From Candidatus Latescibacterota bacterium (GTDB lineage: Bacteria; Latescibacterota; UBA2968; UBA8231): 64,000 nt of DNA. A program made the position numbers and the translations under genes. Positions within the stretch are counted from its first letter, which is position 1. Each line of letters opens with the position of its first letter. The notes under the pieces are model-generated. The model was not told the DNA's origin. It was given only the letters and a program-made list of their open reading frames with translations, and made no database searches. The stretch spans positions 6,368,001 through 6,432,000 of the forward strand of contig OZ253462.1 in NCBI GenBank assembly GCA_965261395.1, read 5' to 3'. This document shows positions 28,781 through 39,200 of the stretch, in pieces.

Positions 28781-30952
28781 TCAATCCATTTCTGCAAAGC
28801 GGCGCAACACGTTCTCAGTGATGCGGGAGACATTGTTGTCGCCGCAGTTGTACGAAAGGCAACTGCACCAGCTAATAGAACCCACCGAGAACACCGCGCC
28901 ACCCTTGGGGCCTTCAAAGTACACCATGTCGGACCGCACCAGAGGGTTCTGGCTGCCGCCGGTATTGGGGGCCGAGACCAACTGGTCCTCAATGGCCACC
29001 TGGTACAGGTCGGTGAAGCCCTCGGCCGCAGCGAGCAACAGGGCGTGGTCGGGCGTACCCTGGCCGCGGTCGATCCGGTCGATTTCAAAGCCGCCAGCGC
29101 CGTGTTCCAAGACCAAGGCGGGAAAGTCGCCGATCAATTCCCCGGGGGCCAGGCCCGCAAAGATAAAGGCCGCCTTCGGGTCCAAACTGTCCGGCTGCCG
29201 TCTATAGGGGCGGTTGCGGCCTCCGCCCTGGGAGGTAAAACCAACGCCGACCATTTTTTGCGGTGCCCGGTTGCGAAAGCGCCAGAGGCCACCCATCTCG
29301 CCCGTGGTGCTGTGAAAGCACTCGCCGGGGGCGGCCTCCCAGGCGCGCGAGCCTCGCCAGCGCCTGACTTCGACGATGTGCGGACGCCGGGGATCGAAGG
29401 AGGCGATCCAGTAGAAGCCGTTGCCGCCCAGGTACATCAGGCGGCCGCCGCCCGCCTGGTACGATTCCAGCCCTTTGAGCATGGACGCCGTCCAGTACTC
29501 TGGATGCGTGCCGGTGAGGATCACCTGGTACGGCTCCAACAACTCGCTGCCTTCGCAGTGCAACTCGTCGTCGGTGATCACATCGTAGGCAAAGCCCTTG
29601 GTGTCCAGCCAGTCGAGCAGATGGAGATCGGCGTTGAGCAGGCGGGGCCAGTCCGCGGCCAAGGAGCGAGAGGGCATGCGGTACAGGGGACGAAAATTGA
29701 CGATCGGCCGCCGGCGCGACGAATAGCAGACACCCGTGCCGTCGCTGTGCAGGTCGTAACAACTCAAGAGCCGCTGGTCCTGCATGTACTGGTCTTGCGG
29801 GGTGGTGTCGCTGCTTGCGCGCAGGTCCAGCATGGCGCGGATCGGATCGTTAAAGCGCTGGTTGGCATAGACCAGGTACGTGAGGGTGGGCGCGAGGAAG
29901 GCGATGCGGGCCTGGGCCTTTGCGGGGACGACGATAAAGGGCAGGTAATCCTCGGCGTCGGCGCTGGTCAAGTGGGCCGCGTACACGCCGCTCGGCCAGT
30001 CTGAGGGCACGGTCCACTCAAAGGCGGCATCCCACTGGGCGTCTTCGAGATCGTCGTCGTGGAAGTGAATGGCCCCGTACTGGCTGGGGGCGACTTTGAA
30101 ATCCGCCTCGTCGCCGGTCCAGTTGTGCCCGGTCACGGCCCGGGTCGGCAGGTTGACCGTGTGGCCGTGGAGTTGGTTGGCCTCGGTGTCGCGCACTATT
30201 TCCGCGCCGATATCTAGGGAAAAGTCCCAGCTAGCGATCGGGGTGTCGGCGTCGGCCTCCACCATGGAGAGAGCGCGTCCGTAGAGCTGCGGATTGTCGA
30301 TCTTGCCATTGAAGTGGTGGGTGGCCACCGGCCCCGCTGCAGCGCAGGCCATCAGCAAATCTTCCTCATTCTCTCCCACAGCCAAGGGGCGGATGGTTTT
30401 GCAGACCCTTGCTCGGGCACGGGCCACCGGCCAGTTGGACTGCAACTCCTCGTAGAGGCAGACTGCGCCAGTGGCCGCGTCGTAGCTGGCGGCGATATAG
30501 TGCCATTGAGCTGGGTGCAAGGCCACGCCGGTGCTCACTTTTTCCAGCCGCGTCCCATCACCGACCCACAGGGCCAGCGACCCGTCCTCATCGATAAAGA
30601 GGCCATAGCCCGATTGGCCGGACAACTTGGTCAACAGCCCTTGCAGGCCCTTTTGCGGCGTGGTGGGGTAGATCCACGCCCGCAGGGTAAACCCATTGGG
30701 GCAATTCAACAAAGGGTGGTGCAGCACGGCCGCGTACGAGCCGCTGTGGATGGCCTGGTACCGGCCCGGGTACTCACCGCTGATCGAGGATGCGAGCGCT
30801 TCGATTTTGCAGCCGGGACCCTCGGGATTGGCGTCCGTATGCCGCAGGCGCACGAGTTGGGCGCGGTACGCGGGCGCTTCGCTGCTGACCATAAAGCGTA
30901 TAGTCTGCCCGGGCCGCACACTGAAACGGTCGCTGTACCCGACGATTTTCAT
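28781..30952 (-). CDS. N,N-dimethylformamidase large (beta) subunit family protein, with LamG-like insert
   Basis: YGAIHFHDDDLEDAQW, TYLVYAN, HPEYWT, YLGGNGFYW motifs. Confidence 0.85.
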   Translation of the reverse strand: MKIVGYSDRFSVRPGQTIRFMVSSEAPAYRAQLVRLRHTDANPEGPGCKIEALASSISGEYPGRYQAIHSGSYAAVLHHPLLNCPNGFTLRAWIYPTTPQKGLQGLLTKLSGQSGYGLFIDEDGSLALWVGDGTRLEKVSTGVALHPAQWHYIAASYDAATGAVCLYEELQSNWPVARARARVCKTIRPLAVGENEEDLLMACAAAGPVATHHFNGKIDNPQLYGRALSMVEADADTPIASWDFSLDIGAEIVRDTEANQLHGHTVNLPTRAVTGHNWTGDEADFKVAPSQYGAIHFHDDDLEDAQWDAAFEWTVPSDWPSGVYAAHLTSADAEDYLPFIVVPAKAQARIAFLAPTLTYLVYANQRFNDPIRAMLDLRASSDTTPQDQYMQDQRLLSCYDLHSDGTGVCYSSRRRPIVNFRPLYRMPSRSLAADWPRLLNADLHLLDWLDTKGFAYDVITDDELHCEGSELLEPYQVILTGTHPEYWTASMLKGLESYQAGGGRLMYLGGNGFYWIASFDPRRPHIVEVRRWRGSRAWEAAPGECFHSTTGEMGGLWRFRNRAPQKMVGVGFTSQGGGRNRPYRRQPDSLDPKAAFIFAGLAPGELIGDFPALVLEHGAGGFEIDRIDRGQGTPDHALLLAAAEGFTDLYQVAIEDQLVSAPNTGGSQNPLVRSDMVYFEGPKGGAVFSVGSISWCSCLSYNCGDNNVSRITENVLRRFAEMD

Positions 30953-30995
30953 TTATTTCTCCGCGGCACTAGGGCCGTGCAACGCCCCTGCAACC

Positions 30996-31060
30996 AAGAC
31001 CGGGGACCGTCCCGATGGTCTCTAGCGCGCAAGAATAGTGGAACGCGGAAATTGTGTCAA
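30996..31060 (-). promoter_or_regulatory. Sigma70 promoter module, copy 2
   Basis: Minus strand TTGACA-CAATTTCCGCGTTCCAC-TATTCT; near-identical to 25009-25040. Confidence 0.75.
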
Positions 31061-31096
31061 TTTCAGGTAGTGGGCTATTTTGAAATTATCGCGAGG

Positions 31097-32161
31097 TTAT
31101 CTACCTAGCGGTCCAAACGGCCCAACATCTTCCCTTCTGAGTGCTCGGTAGACTCGTCCATCCTCGCCGGTCATCGTTGGTCTTTTCGCTTGGGGCTTTT
31201 CAACGATCTGATTGCCTCCCCATTGACAACAGGTGCCATACGGGTCTGTGAGGGCGCGGCCAGAAAGCGCCTCGAAATAGTTATTGGACACGCGATGGCC
31301 TTTACCCAGTGCTCTGACGCCCCTTGTTTTGGGCTTACCATAGCCTAAGAAGAAATTGCCCTCGACGATGCTGTTGTCGCCTTTGCGCAGTGTTAGGTAT
31401 CCCATAGACCGCACAAAGGTATTGCCCCGAAAAATATTCTCGCTGGATTTATTGCTGATAATCTCGGCGTCTTCTCCATCGCATTCCTCGAACATATTGT
31501 ACTCAACAACCGTCCGTGAGGGCGCATGGCGCAGTGAGTCGGTGGCTATAATGCGGATCGTCTCCGCCCCATTTATTCTGATTAATTCAAATTGCCCGAA
31601 ATAGTTGTGGTCGATGCGATGGTACTCCGGGTTTTCTTGCGACGCGACCCGCATCAATGCGGTCTTGGCGCGCCGGCCAGTAAATGAGCAGTGGTCAATC
31701 CGGTGGTGAGTACCCTTGACTGAAACCCACGTGGGAGGATCTGGATGGGCAGGGACTGCATTGTAGTCTACAATCGCACAGTTGGTGATACGGCAATGCG
31801 TAGTGCCTGCGCGGAGTACGATAGGTATGGAAGAAGGAAACCCGTCCGTAAACGTTAAACCATCCACGACGACCCAACTGCCGTGGATGTCCAGCTTCGA
31901 GTTTCCTACCAATCTCACCTTCCCCCGCTCTTGGGCGCGGATCGTTATCGGATTTCCCTGCCCCCCTGAGCGCGTGACCTTTAACCTGAGATCCGTCCAG
32001 TCGCGGGCTACCATGATGATCGTGTCACCTGGACGAGCATGATTAAGCGCCCGTTGCAAGGCCGTTCGATCTGAGGCTGGCTTCTCGATAGCATTACTTT
32101 GGTCTGCCACGAAAAAGGATAGTGCCAGACAGAATGGTATAATCATTGCGACATCCCTCAT
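31097..32161 (-). CDS. Polysaccharide lyase family 6 (chondroitinase B / alginate lyase-like beta-helix), compact, secreted
   Basis: Signal peptide; HRIDHNYF, NGAETIRI, EIISNKSSENIFRGNTF, LTLRKG, C-terminal EDVGP. Confidence 0.8.
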   Translation of the reverse strand: MRDVAMIIPFCLALSFFVADQSNAIEKPASDRTALQRALNHARPGDTIIMVARDWTDLRLKVTRSGGQGNPITIRAQERGKVRLVGNSKLDIHGSWVVVDGLTFTDGFPSSIPIVLRAGTTHCRITNCAIVDYNAVPAHPDPPTWVSVKGTHHRIDHCSFTGRRAKTALMRVASQENPEYHRIDHNYFGQFELIRINGAETIRIIATDSLRHAPSRTVVEYNMFEECDGEDAEIISNKSSENIFRGNTFVRSMGYLTLRKGDNSIVEGNFFLGYGKPKTRGVRALGKGHRVSNNYFEALSGRALTDPYGTCCQWGGNQIVEKPQAKRPTMTGEDGRVYRALRREDVGPFGPLGR

Positions 32162-32505
32162 TCCTTGCAGATTTGATGACCTATGCTGAGTTGTGGTGTC
32201 TTTTCTGCACCAGTGGTTTGTCTTTTCCTATCAGCCCGTATCGGGGGCGACGGGATGGGCCTGCTCTCAAACCCAACCTAAGCCGCCCACGCCGTCGCAC
32301 AAAGCGCCAAGCACCCGGGGGGGCCGCCGTCGATTCGCGCTTGAACGCCCTTAACCTGCTATCCTATGGGAACAAGCGAGTGTAGCGGCTCCTCGACGAC
32401 ACATATAGCACCAACCCGTGCCGCGAGTTGGCCGCCTCTCTTGAACCGCTACGCTCTGGTTGTTGCCCGCGCCGAGTTGGTGCGCTTTAGAGCGGAGCTT
32501 TAACC

Positions 32506-34394
32506 ATGCAGCAAAAGCCCCCCTTTTGGAACGAATTGACCAAGACCAAGCGCGAGGCTTGGGACGCCCTCGAGAGGGCCAGCCGCGACAACTTGACCGA
32601 GATATATCAAGCCAACTATGACCAGCACGGCCCCGACCGCGCCCTCGAGGTCGTGCGCAAAGCCCTCGACAACAACACCACCCCCGGCACTGAAACAGCC
32701 CGAACCGACGCCCGGGCCCACCAAGAACGGCCTACTACTGACGAGCAGCTTGAGCAGTACCAACAGGAGCGCGAGCACGAGCGCGAAGCCAGAAAGCAAG
32801 ACGTGTCCCGCCGATCAAAGGGTTGGGGCGAGGAAATCCCCACCCAGCGTGAGGAACGCTTGAGGCGTGAAGCCAAAGCCTCGACCGCCGATCGACACCA
32901 TCCCAAGCCCGCCAACAAACCCAAGCCCTCGACAAGGCCCTGCTCGAAGCCACCAGCCCCACCGACGTGCTCGAAGCCCTTGCCCGTGTAGCTTGGGCCG
33001 AAGCGCACAACGCCGAGTGTCCCAACGAGCAGATACCCACCGAGGCCGACCTGTGCGGCTGGACTTGGAAGATACCCGAGGAGGACAAAGCCAAGGCCGC
33101 CGACCACGTGGCCGCTTTCTTGCCCCCTCTCGATAGCTACGACTATCACGACGGCGACCCGAGGGCCAACCGCTGGCAGTGGATACAGGTCGCAGACCCG
33201 GCTGGGCCAACCGAACCGAACCGCCTAGTCGTGGCCCTGATCGACGGCAATGGCGTAACGGGACGAGTAGCGTTTACCGCCTCGATCCTTGACGAAAAGA
33301 CCGGCGAGTTGGTCGAAGCACCCTTGATCCTCAGCTTGGAGCAGATGCAAACCACTTGGTGCAAGGTTCACCGCGATCGACTACCGCCTCACCCACTCGC
33401 GCCACTGGTCAGGGCATGGCAAGCACGGCCCAAGCCTGCCGATCCGTTCCGCCCGAAGAACAAGGCCAGCTTACCCGCGCTCCAACGTAAACCGAAGGAG
33501 CCCGACCAGCTCCAGCTTATCGAAACGCCCTATCTGATAGGACCACCGCCCGGCCAGCAGTTGGCCCTTGGCTGGCTACTCAACACCTACCGACGAGCTG
33601 GAGGGCCTGACAAGCGCCCAGGCCGAGGCGGTCAATGGGACTTGCACCTGATGGTTGGCGTACTCCTGTACACGGACATAGCCGACCGCGACGGCCAATG
33701 GCACAGTTTCGAGATACCGACTGAGGAGCTGATCCAATGGCTACACCCCCACCCCAACGGCTGGACCAACCGCGGCCGCGACTGGGAACGCCTTCCTGCA
33801 GCCCTGTACGAACTCAACAAGCTGGGCTGGATCGAGATTGAGGGGGTCGGGCTGGTACAGGTGGTCAATGCCAGTGTAATCCCCCTCACTCCCAAGGACC
33901 CATACGCTCAGTTTATAGTCCGGATCCCGAGCGCGGCCGCACACGGCGCACGGATCGACTAGCAAACCCTTTGCCACTATCGGTGTATATCCGGCCCGAT
34001 CTACCGTGCCTACCTGTCCGCTTGCGACCTCATGCACCAATCCGCGCGGGACGGCCAGCCCATCACTCGATTAATCGGCCAAGTGCTGACGGCCGAAGAT
34101 GGGACGTTTCGCCGCGGCAAAGGAGGCAAGCCCATACGGTCTAAAACCAAGATGGTGGACAATCCCGCCACTCGCTATGTGCGAGGATTGAGCAAATACC
34201 AGCTTGCTCAACTGATCGGAATCAATCCGGAGCCGCGAGAAAATCGCAGGAATGCGCTGGCAGCCTTCGAGCAGCTCGACGCGGACGGGATAATCGAGCT
34301 GCACAGGGACGGCCGAGGAAAGAACGAGCAATACCACATCTTTGGCCGGAACGTCCTGGTCGATGCCCAAGCGGACGAATTCATCAACCACTGA
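32506..34394 (+). pseudogene. Degenerate plasmid-type replication (Rep-like) protein with C-terminal wHTH
   Basis: Three consecutive ORFs can be joined by a frameshift near 32877 and an in-frame TAG at 33960-33962 (RID*QTLCHY...). C-terminal LSKYQLAQLIG...LDADGII is wHTH-like. The gene ends inside an iteron array. Confidence 0.55.
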
Positions 34395-34468
34395 CGCTTT
34401 GCTCACCAACCACTGACGCTTTGCTCATCAACCACTGACACTTTACTCATCAACCACTGACGCTTTGC
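34381..34468 (+). repeat. Four tandem 22-bp direct repeats (iteron-like; putative replication origin)
   Basis: TCATCAACCACTGACGCTTTGC x4 with 0-2 substitutions and no spacers. Confidence 0.85.
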
Positions 34469-35274
34469 ACCCTGCATTTTTGCCGCAACCTCAGTGAAGG
34501 CAAGCAGTTAGGGGAAAAGTCCGATTGTCGCCCCTTAATTACCCTTTCTTTCCCTTAACTACCCAAAGGTTAAGGGGAAGGAAGGAAGGGCTTGCGCTTG
34601 GGCCGTGGAGCGGCCCGCGCTGCCCTCTTCCTTGTCCCGATACCGCCCCGCCAGCACCACTCGCCGCCCTGCTCGCTTGCCCCACCCCGTCGAAGTCGTT
34701 CTCGACCTACCGAGCGCAGCCCGTCCGTCCGGTAGTCCGTCATTGACCCGCCGCGGCCGTGCTACCGTAGTGCCGTTGCGCGGCCGCGCTGTCGTTCGAC
34801 GTTCCCTGTCCGTTGCCCCGACTGGTTCCGACCAGCTCCAGGGCTTTTTGTGTGCTGAACGCGCTGGACGCGCTCAAACGCCGTCGAAGCGTTTTCACCA
34901 GCAACAGGCTCCGAACCAACCCGCCGCCGTCCGTTGAGCCTTGCCCCGAAAGAACCAGCCCGTCGAAGCCCAAACAACGCTGCTCAAACTATCTTCAGTA
35001 CTTCGCCGCGGCCGGCCTCTCAGGGGCCTTGATCCGCGCGCGAAAATTTTGGGGAATTCCTATTTGCCAGACCAGACCAGAGCTTCTAGAAAAAACTAGG
35101 GGCTGCCAGAACGCCAGCAACTCCCCCGGATACTCCTCATAAACGGCGTTATCGGGAGTATCCTAACGGCGGCCGCGTCAGGATTGGTCAGAGAGCGCCT
35201 GTATAGTCCACACCTCCAGGCGGCCCGTTGACCTGTTTTAACTAGTTATCTATTTTGAAGATAAGCAGCAAGAC

Positions 35275-35301
35275 GCCCCGGCTAGAAGGCTTTAGCCGGG
35301 G
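35275..35301. terminator. GC-rich hairpin (possible terminator)
   Basis: GCCCCGGCTA-GAAGGCTT-TAGCCGGGGC inverted repeat; no clear U-tract. Confidence 0.4.
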
Positions 35302-35846
35302 CATCAACGGTCCCACTCGCGTTTGAGCGAACGCGACGGGCATCGACCACAGAAAGAATGGGGCTTTCAATGGCCAAATTTCCCCCAATATACCCGCGCA
35401 GTACCCCCATTGCAACTATGAGCTTGAGTAGCTTCGCCGTGGGAATGCCGTCCAATCTTCGTCGGCACCATCCTATGCACAATGGCTGGATCAGTTCCTG
35501 GCCGATTACTACCACTGAGGAGGGAGATAATGGAAAAAAAATGCAAGAATTAATGAACTTGGCGAGGCGAGACTAACGCGATAGGTTTTATTCAAAGAGG
35601 ACTCCACACGGGAGACCTCATAAAAGTAGGGGTGTCTATCCCCGAGTCAACCACTCATCTTCAGAAGGCCCTGCAGTGCAAAGAAGGCCCGACGAGGCGC
35701 CCGAAGAGGCCGCGAGACACCGCCTGGCCGAGGACTATCCTGGTGTGTTTTTTTAACTTGCTCGAAGGAAAGCCGTATTGTCCCCAGACAAAAGGGTGGG
35801 ATATTGAGTTCTGGGAAGGGCCTATAGTCTTCGTTGAGGATTGTGA

Positions 35847-36200
35847 TTGAGACTACCCAATGCACAACAGGCTCGCGTTGCTCCAGCGAAGATTACCGAC
35901 TATTTGCTTTCAGCAAGTCATCCAAAGGGTCGAGAAAAGGCTAACTTCTTTTCCCGCTTCGGCTTTCGCTCAGAACAATGGCAAATCTTTTCGAAGGCAT
36001 TACGAGTTCACGGAGAGAGCCATGAAGTTGTCGAGATTGAAGAAGGTAGCCACGGTATAATGTATGCTATAGAGGGATCGCTTGAGACTCCCAATGGACG
36101 CAACCCATATGTGCGGACTGTCTGGCAGATCGACAAGGGATGCGACCATCCTAGGTTCATTACGGCATATCCGGAGAGACAGATATGTTCAAGGAACTAG
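35847..36200 (+). CDS. DUF6883-like protein (predicted toxin/nuclease)
   Basis: KITDYLLSASHPKGREKANFFSRFGF...TPNGR...RTVW...PRFITAYP pattern. Confidence 0.75.
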   Translation: MRLPNAQQARVAPAKITDYLLSASHPKGREKANFFSRFGFRSEQWQIFSKALRVHGESHEVVEIEEGSHGIMYAIEGSLETPNGRNPYVRTVWQIDKGCDHPRFITAYPERQICSRN

Positions 36201-39200
36201 ACGTTATAGCGCTTACAACCGAAATTCCGCCTGATCGCATTTGGGATATCCCACCTAGCAGCCCGCTGAGCGAGAATCGCAATCTGGGGGAAGGGCTGAA
36301 AGTCGGCGACACCGGCACGATTGTATATATACAGGGTAATGAGGAAGCCCTCGAGGTTGAATTTCTGGGCCCAGACGGTAACACAGTAGCCATTGCCACG
36401 GTCTTGCCATCGCAGGCCCGCCTAGCAGAGCAAGAAGACCTCACTAAACGATCTCCTCAGAAAGAAGCCGGGGACGACCACAGGAACTACAACGAGCAGG
36501 ATATACGGGTCGGGGCCCTCGTTCAGTGGACAAGTCGCCCGGAAGCGTATGGCGTCGTAGCAAAAATTGAGGCCGGCCGGATCCATGTCCGATGGGATGA
36601 CGACGAGAATATCCCCACCCAATTTGTAGAATCAGGCCCGCCGCTTACTAGAGTGAAGCTCCAAAGAAAAACCCTTCAACGGCGGTCAACAGGCGAAAAG
36701 GCCACCGTGCTAGCCCCATTGCAGGCCGAGAAACCGGCTTGGGAGTGCTTTGTCGAGGGAGGGGAAACCATTAACGTCCCGGAGGCCGACCTAAGGCCCC
36801 TGCGTATCACTAACCCAGTTGAACGACTTAAGGTCGGCGAGATCGGCTCACTCCAACAGTACCGGCTTCAGCAAGTGACTAGGTCGTACCAGACGCTCCA
36901 TCTCTACGACGACCTGATTTCTCTAGGGCAGGTTGGAGTAGATATCAAGCCACACCAAGTGTCTGTGGTTCACAAGGTGATTAGCAACTATCCACACCGT
37001 TTTCTGTTGTGTGATGAGGTTGGCCTCGGGAAGACAATCGAGGCGGGAATGATCCTAAAGGAACTGCGGGCAAGAGGTGGTGCTCGGAGAGTCTTGATAA
37101 TTGTACCTCCCAGCCTAGTTCGCCAATGGCAGTTCGAAATGAAGACAAAGTTCAATGAGATTTTCGCCGTACTAAACAGAGATACTGTTAAATTCTTGGA
37201 GAACCAAGGTGACACAGGTAATCCCTTCCTGCACAGAGATAGCATTCTGTGTTCATCGGGATGGATTGTCAATGACAGCTGGGCGAAGGCCTGTACCGAG
37301 GTGGACTGGGATCTTATCATCGTGGACGAGGCTCATCATGCGCGACGGCAAGCCTCAGGCGAAATGGTCCGACTCTATCGACTCGTCCGAGACCTCGCGG
37401 ATCCGGAACATTGTACCAGCCGCGGGGTACTTCTTCTCACGGCAACGCCGATGCAACTCCACCCTTATGAGCTCTATTCACTCATAGAACTCCTCGACCC
37501 TGCTCTCTTCCCATCAGAAGAGCACTTTGAAAAACATCGTCAAGAGATGCCCGGCCTTTCCCAGTTTGTCGAAGACCTAAACCGCCATGAATTTAGGTTG
37601 CCGACCGAAAGCCTCAACGGGACGACCGAGAAGGTAGCAAACTGGCTTGACTCTGATGTCGAAGTGGTACGTAAACGACTCTCCGCCGGCATAGAAGAAC
37701 AGAAAAAAATCGCGAACGAACTCGCCGACCGACACCTCCTCAGCGAAGTGTTGATTCGGAATCGAAAGAGCGTGGTTGGCGGGTTCATGCCTCGCGTCGC
37801 CAACCGCTGGGAGGTTGAGTTAACAACGGAAGAACGCACAGCCCTGCAAGCCGTGGAAGAGTATGTCCAATACGGCTTTCAACTCGCCGATTTACATAGT
37901 GATAGGTCTGCTGGTTTTGTGATGGTTGTATATCAGAAGATGATGGCCTCCAGCATCGCCGCCATCCGAGAGTCGTTGAGTAGGCGTCGAGAGAAAATCG
38001 AAGCTGGCATCAAAGCCTCTTGGTCTTCCACCGATGTTACCGAGCTTGAAGAAAGACTAGATGCTGATGAGGACGCGAGTGATGTCGCTGGATCTGCCGG
38101 CATCGCGACGAAAGCTGAACTATCTCTCCTTGACAAAGCTATCAGGGCACTAGGACAAGTGAAAAGCGATTCAAAGTCGCGCGTACTGGTCGAACGGCTC
38201 ACCGAATTGTTTGATGATAGCCCGAATGGAGAGAAAGTGCTCGTATTCACTCAGTTCCGAGAAACCCAGCGGCACCTTGAAGACCTGATCAAAGATCAGG
38301 GTTGGGGTGTCAATATTTTTCATGGGGGGATGAAACCAGAAGAAAAGGATCGTGCCGTAGAACTTTTTAAAAACGATACCGGGCCCCAAGTCCTCATTAG
38401 CACCGAGGCCGGAGGCGAAGGCCGGAACTTTCAATTCTGCCATCTGCTTGTCAACTACGATCTACCTTGGAACCCGATGAAGGTCGAGCAGCGCATCGGC
38501 CGGGTCGATCGCATCGGCCAAGAGCATACAGTTAAAATCTTCAATCTCTGGGCCAAAGACACAATCGAAGAACGCGTCCTGGATGTACTCGAAAACCGCA
38601 TCAAAGTATTCGAGGAGACTGTGGGCGGACTTGATCCTATCCTCGGCGGGACTGAGGGTGACATCAAGAAAATCATGCGGCTGGCGATGGAAAAGCGGGA
38701 ATCTGCTCATAAAGAGTTTGGCAAACGAGTAGAGGGCGATGTCCGCCGCGCCCGAGAAGCCGAGGGGAAACTGGGCGACTTCATCATGGACACAAAGTCC
38801 TTCCGACGAGAGATCGCCGAACGAATCGCCGGGAAGCCCTCGCCGATAACCGATGATGCTCTCGATCTATTCATCGGTCAACTCCTCTCCGACAAGCGCA
38901 CATACATCAAACCTCGGGGAAATATCTATGAACTGACTTTTCGTGGTGAATTCGTCGAGACTCACAAAGATTTATTCCCCGTAGGATTGAAACAGAAAGT
39001 AGTATTCCGCCCGGATCAAAGACCCGACGCCGAGGATGTTGAGTTCATGACTTTCGGTCACCCAATAGTAGATGCAATTGTTGCATCAGTCCTCAGCGAA
39101 AGCTACGGGGGCACAACCGGCACTCGTCGTATTCCCGCCAGCGATGATCTCTCACCCACTTCCGGGTGGCTCTTCAACTACCAGCTCAAGGTTCCTGGAC

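Noticed and set aside
34381-34468. 22-bp repeats as a CRISPR array
   Set aside because: Repeats are contiguous with no spacers, and no cas genes are present; they fit iterons or a VNTR better.
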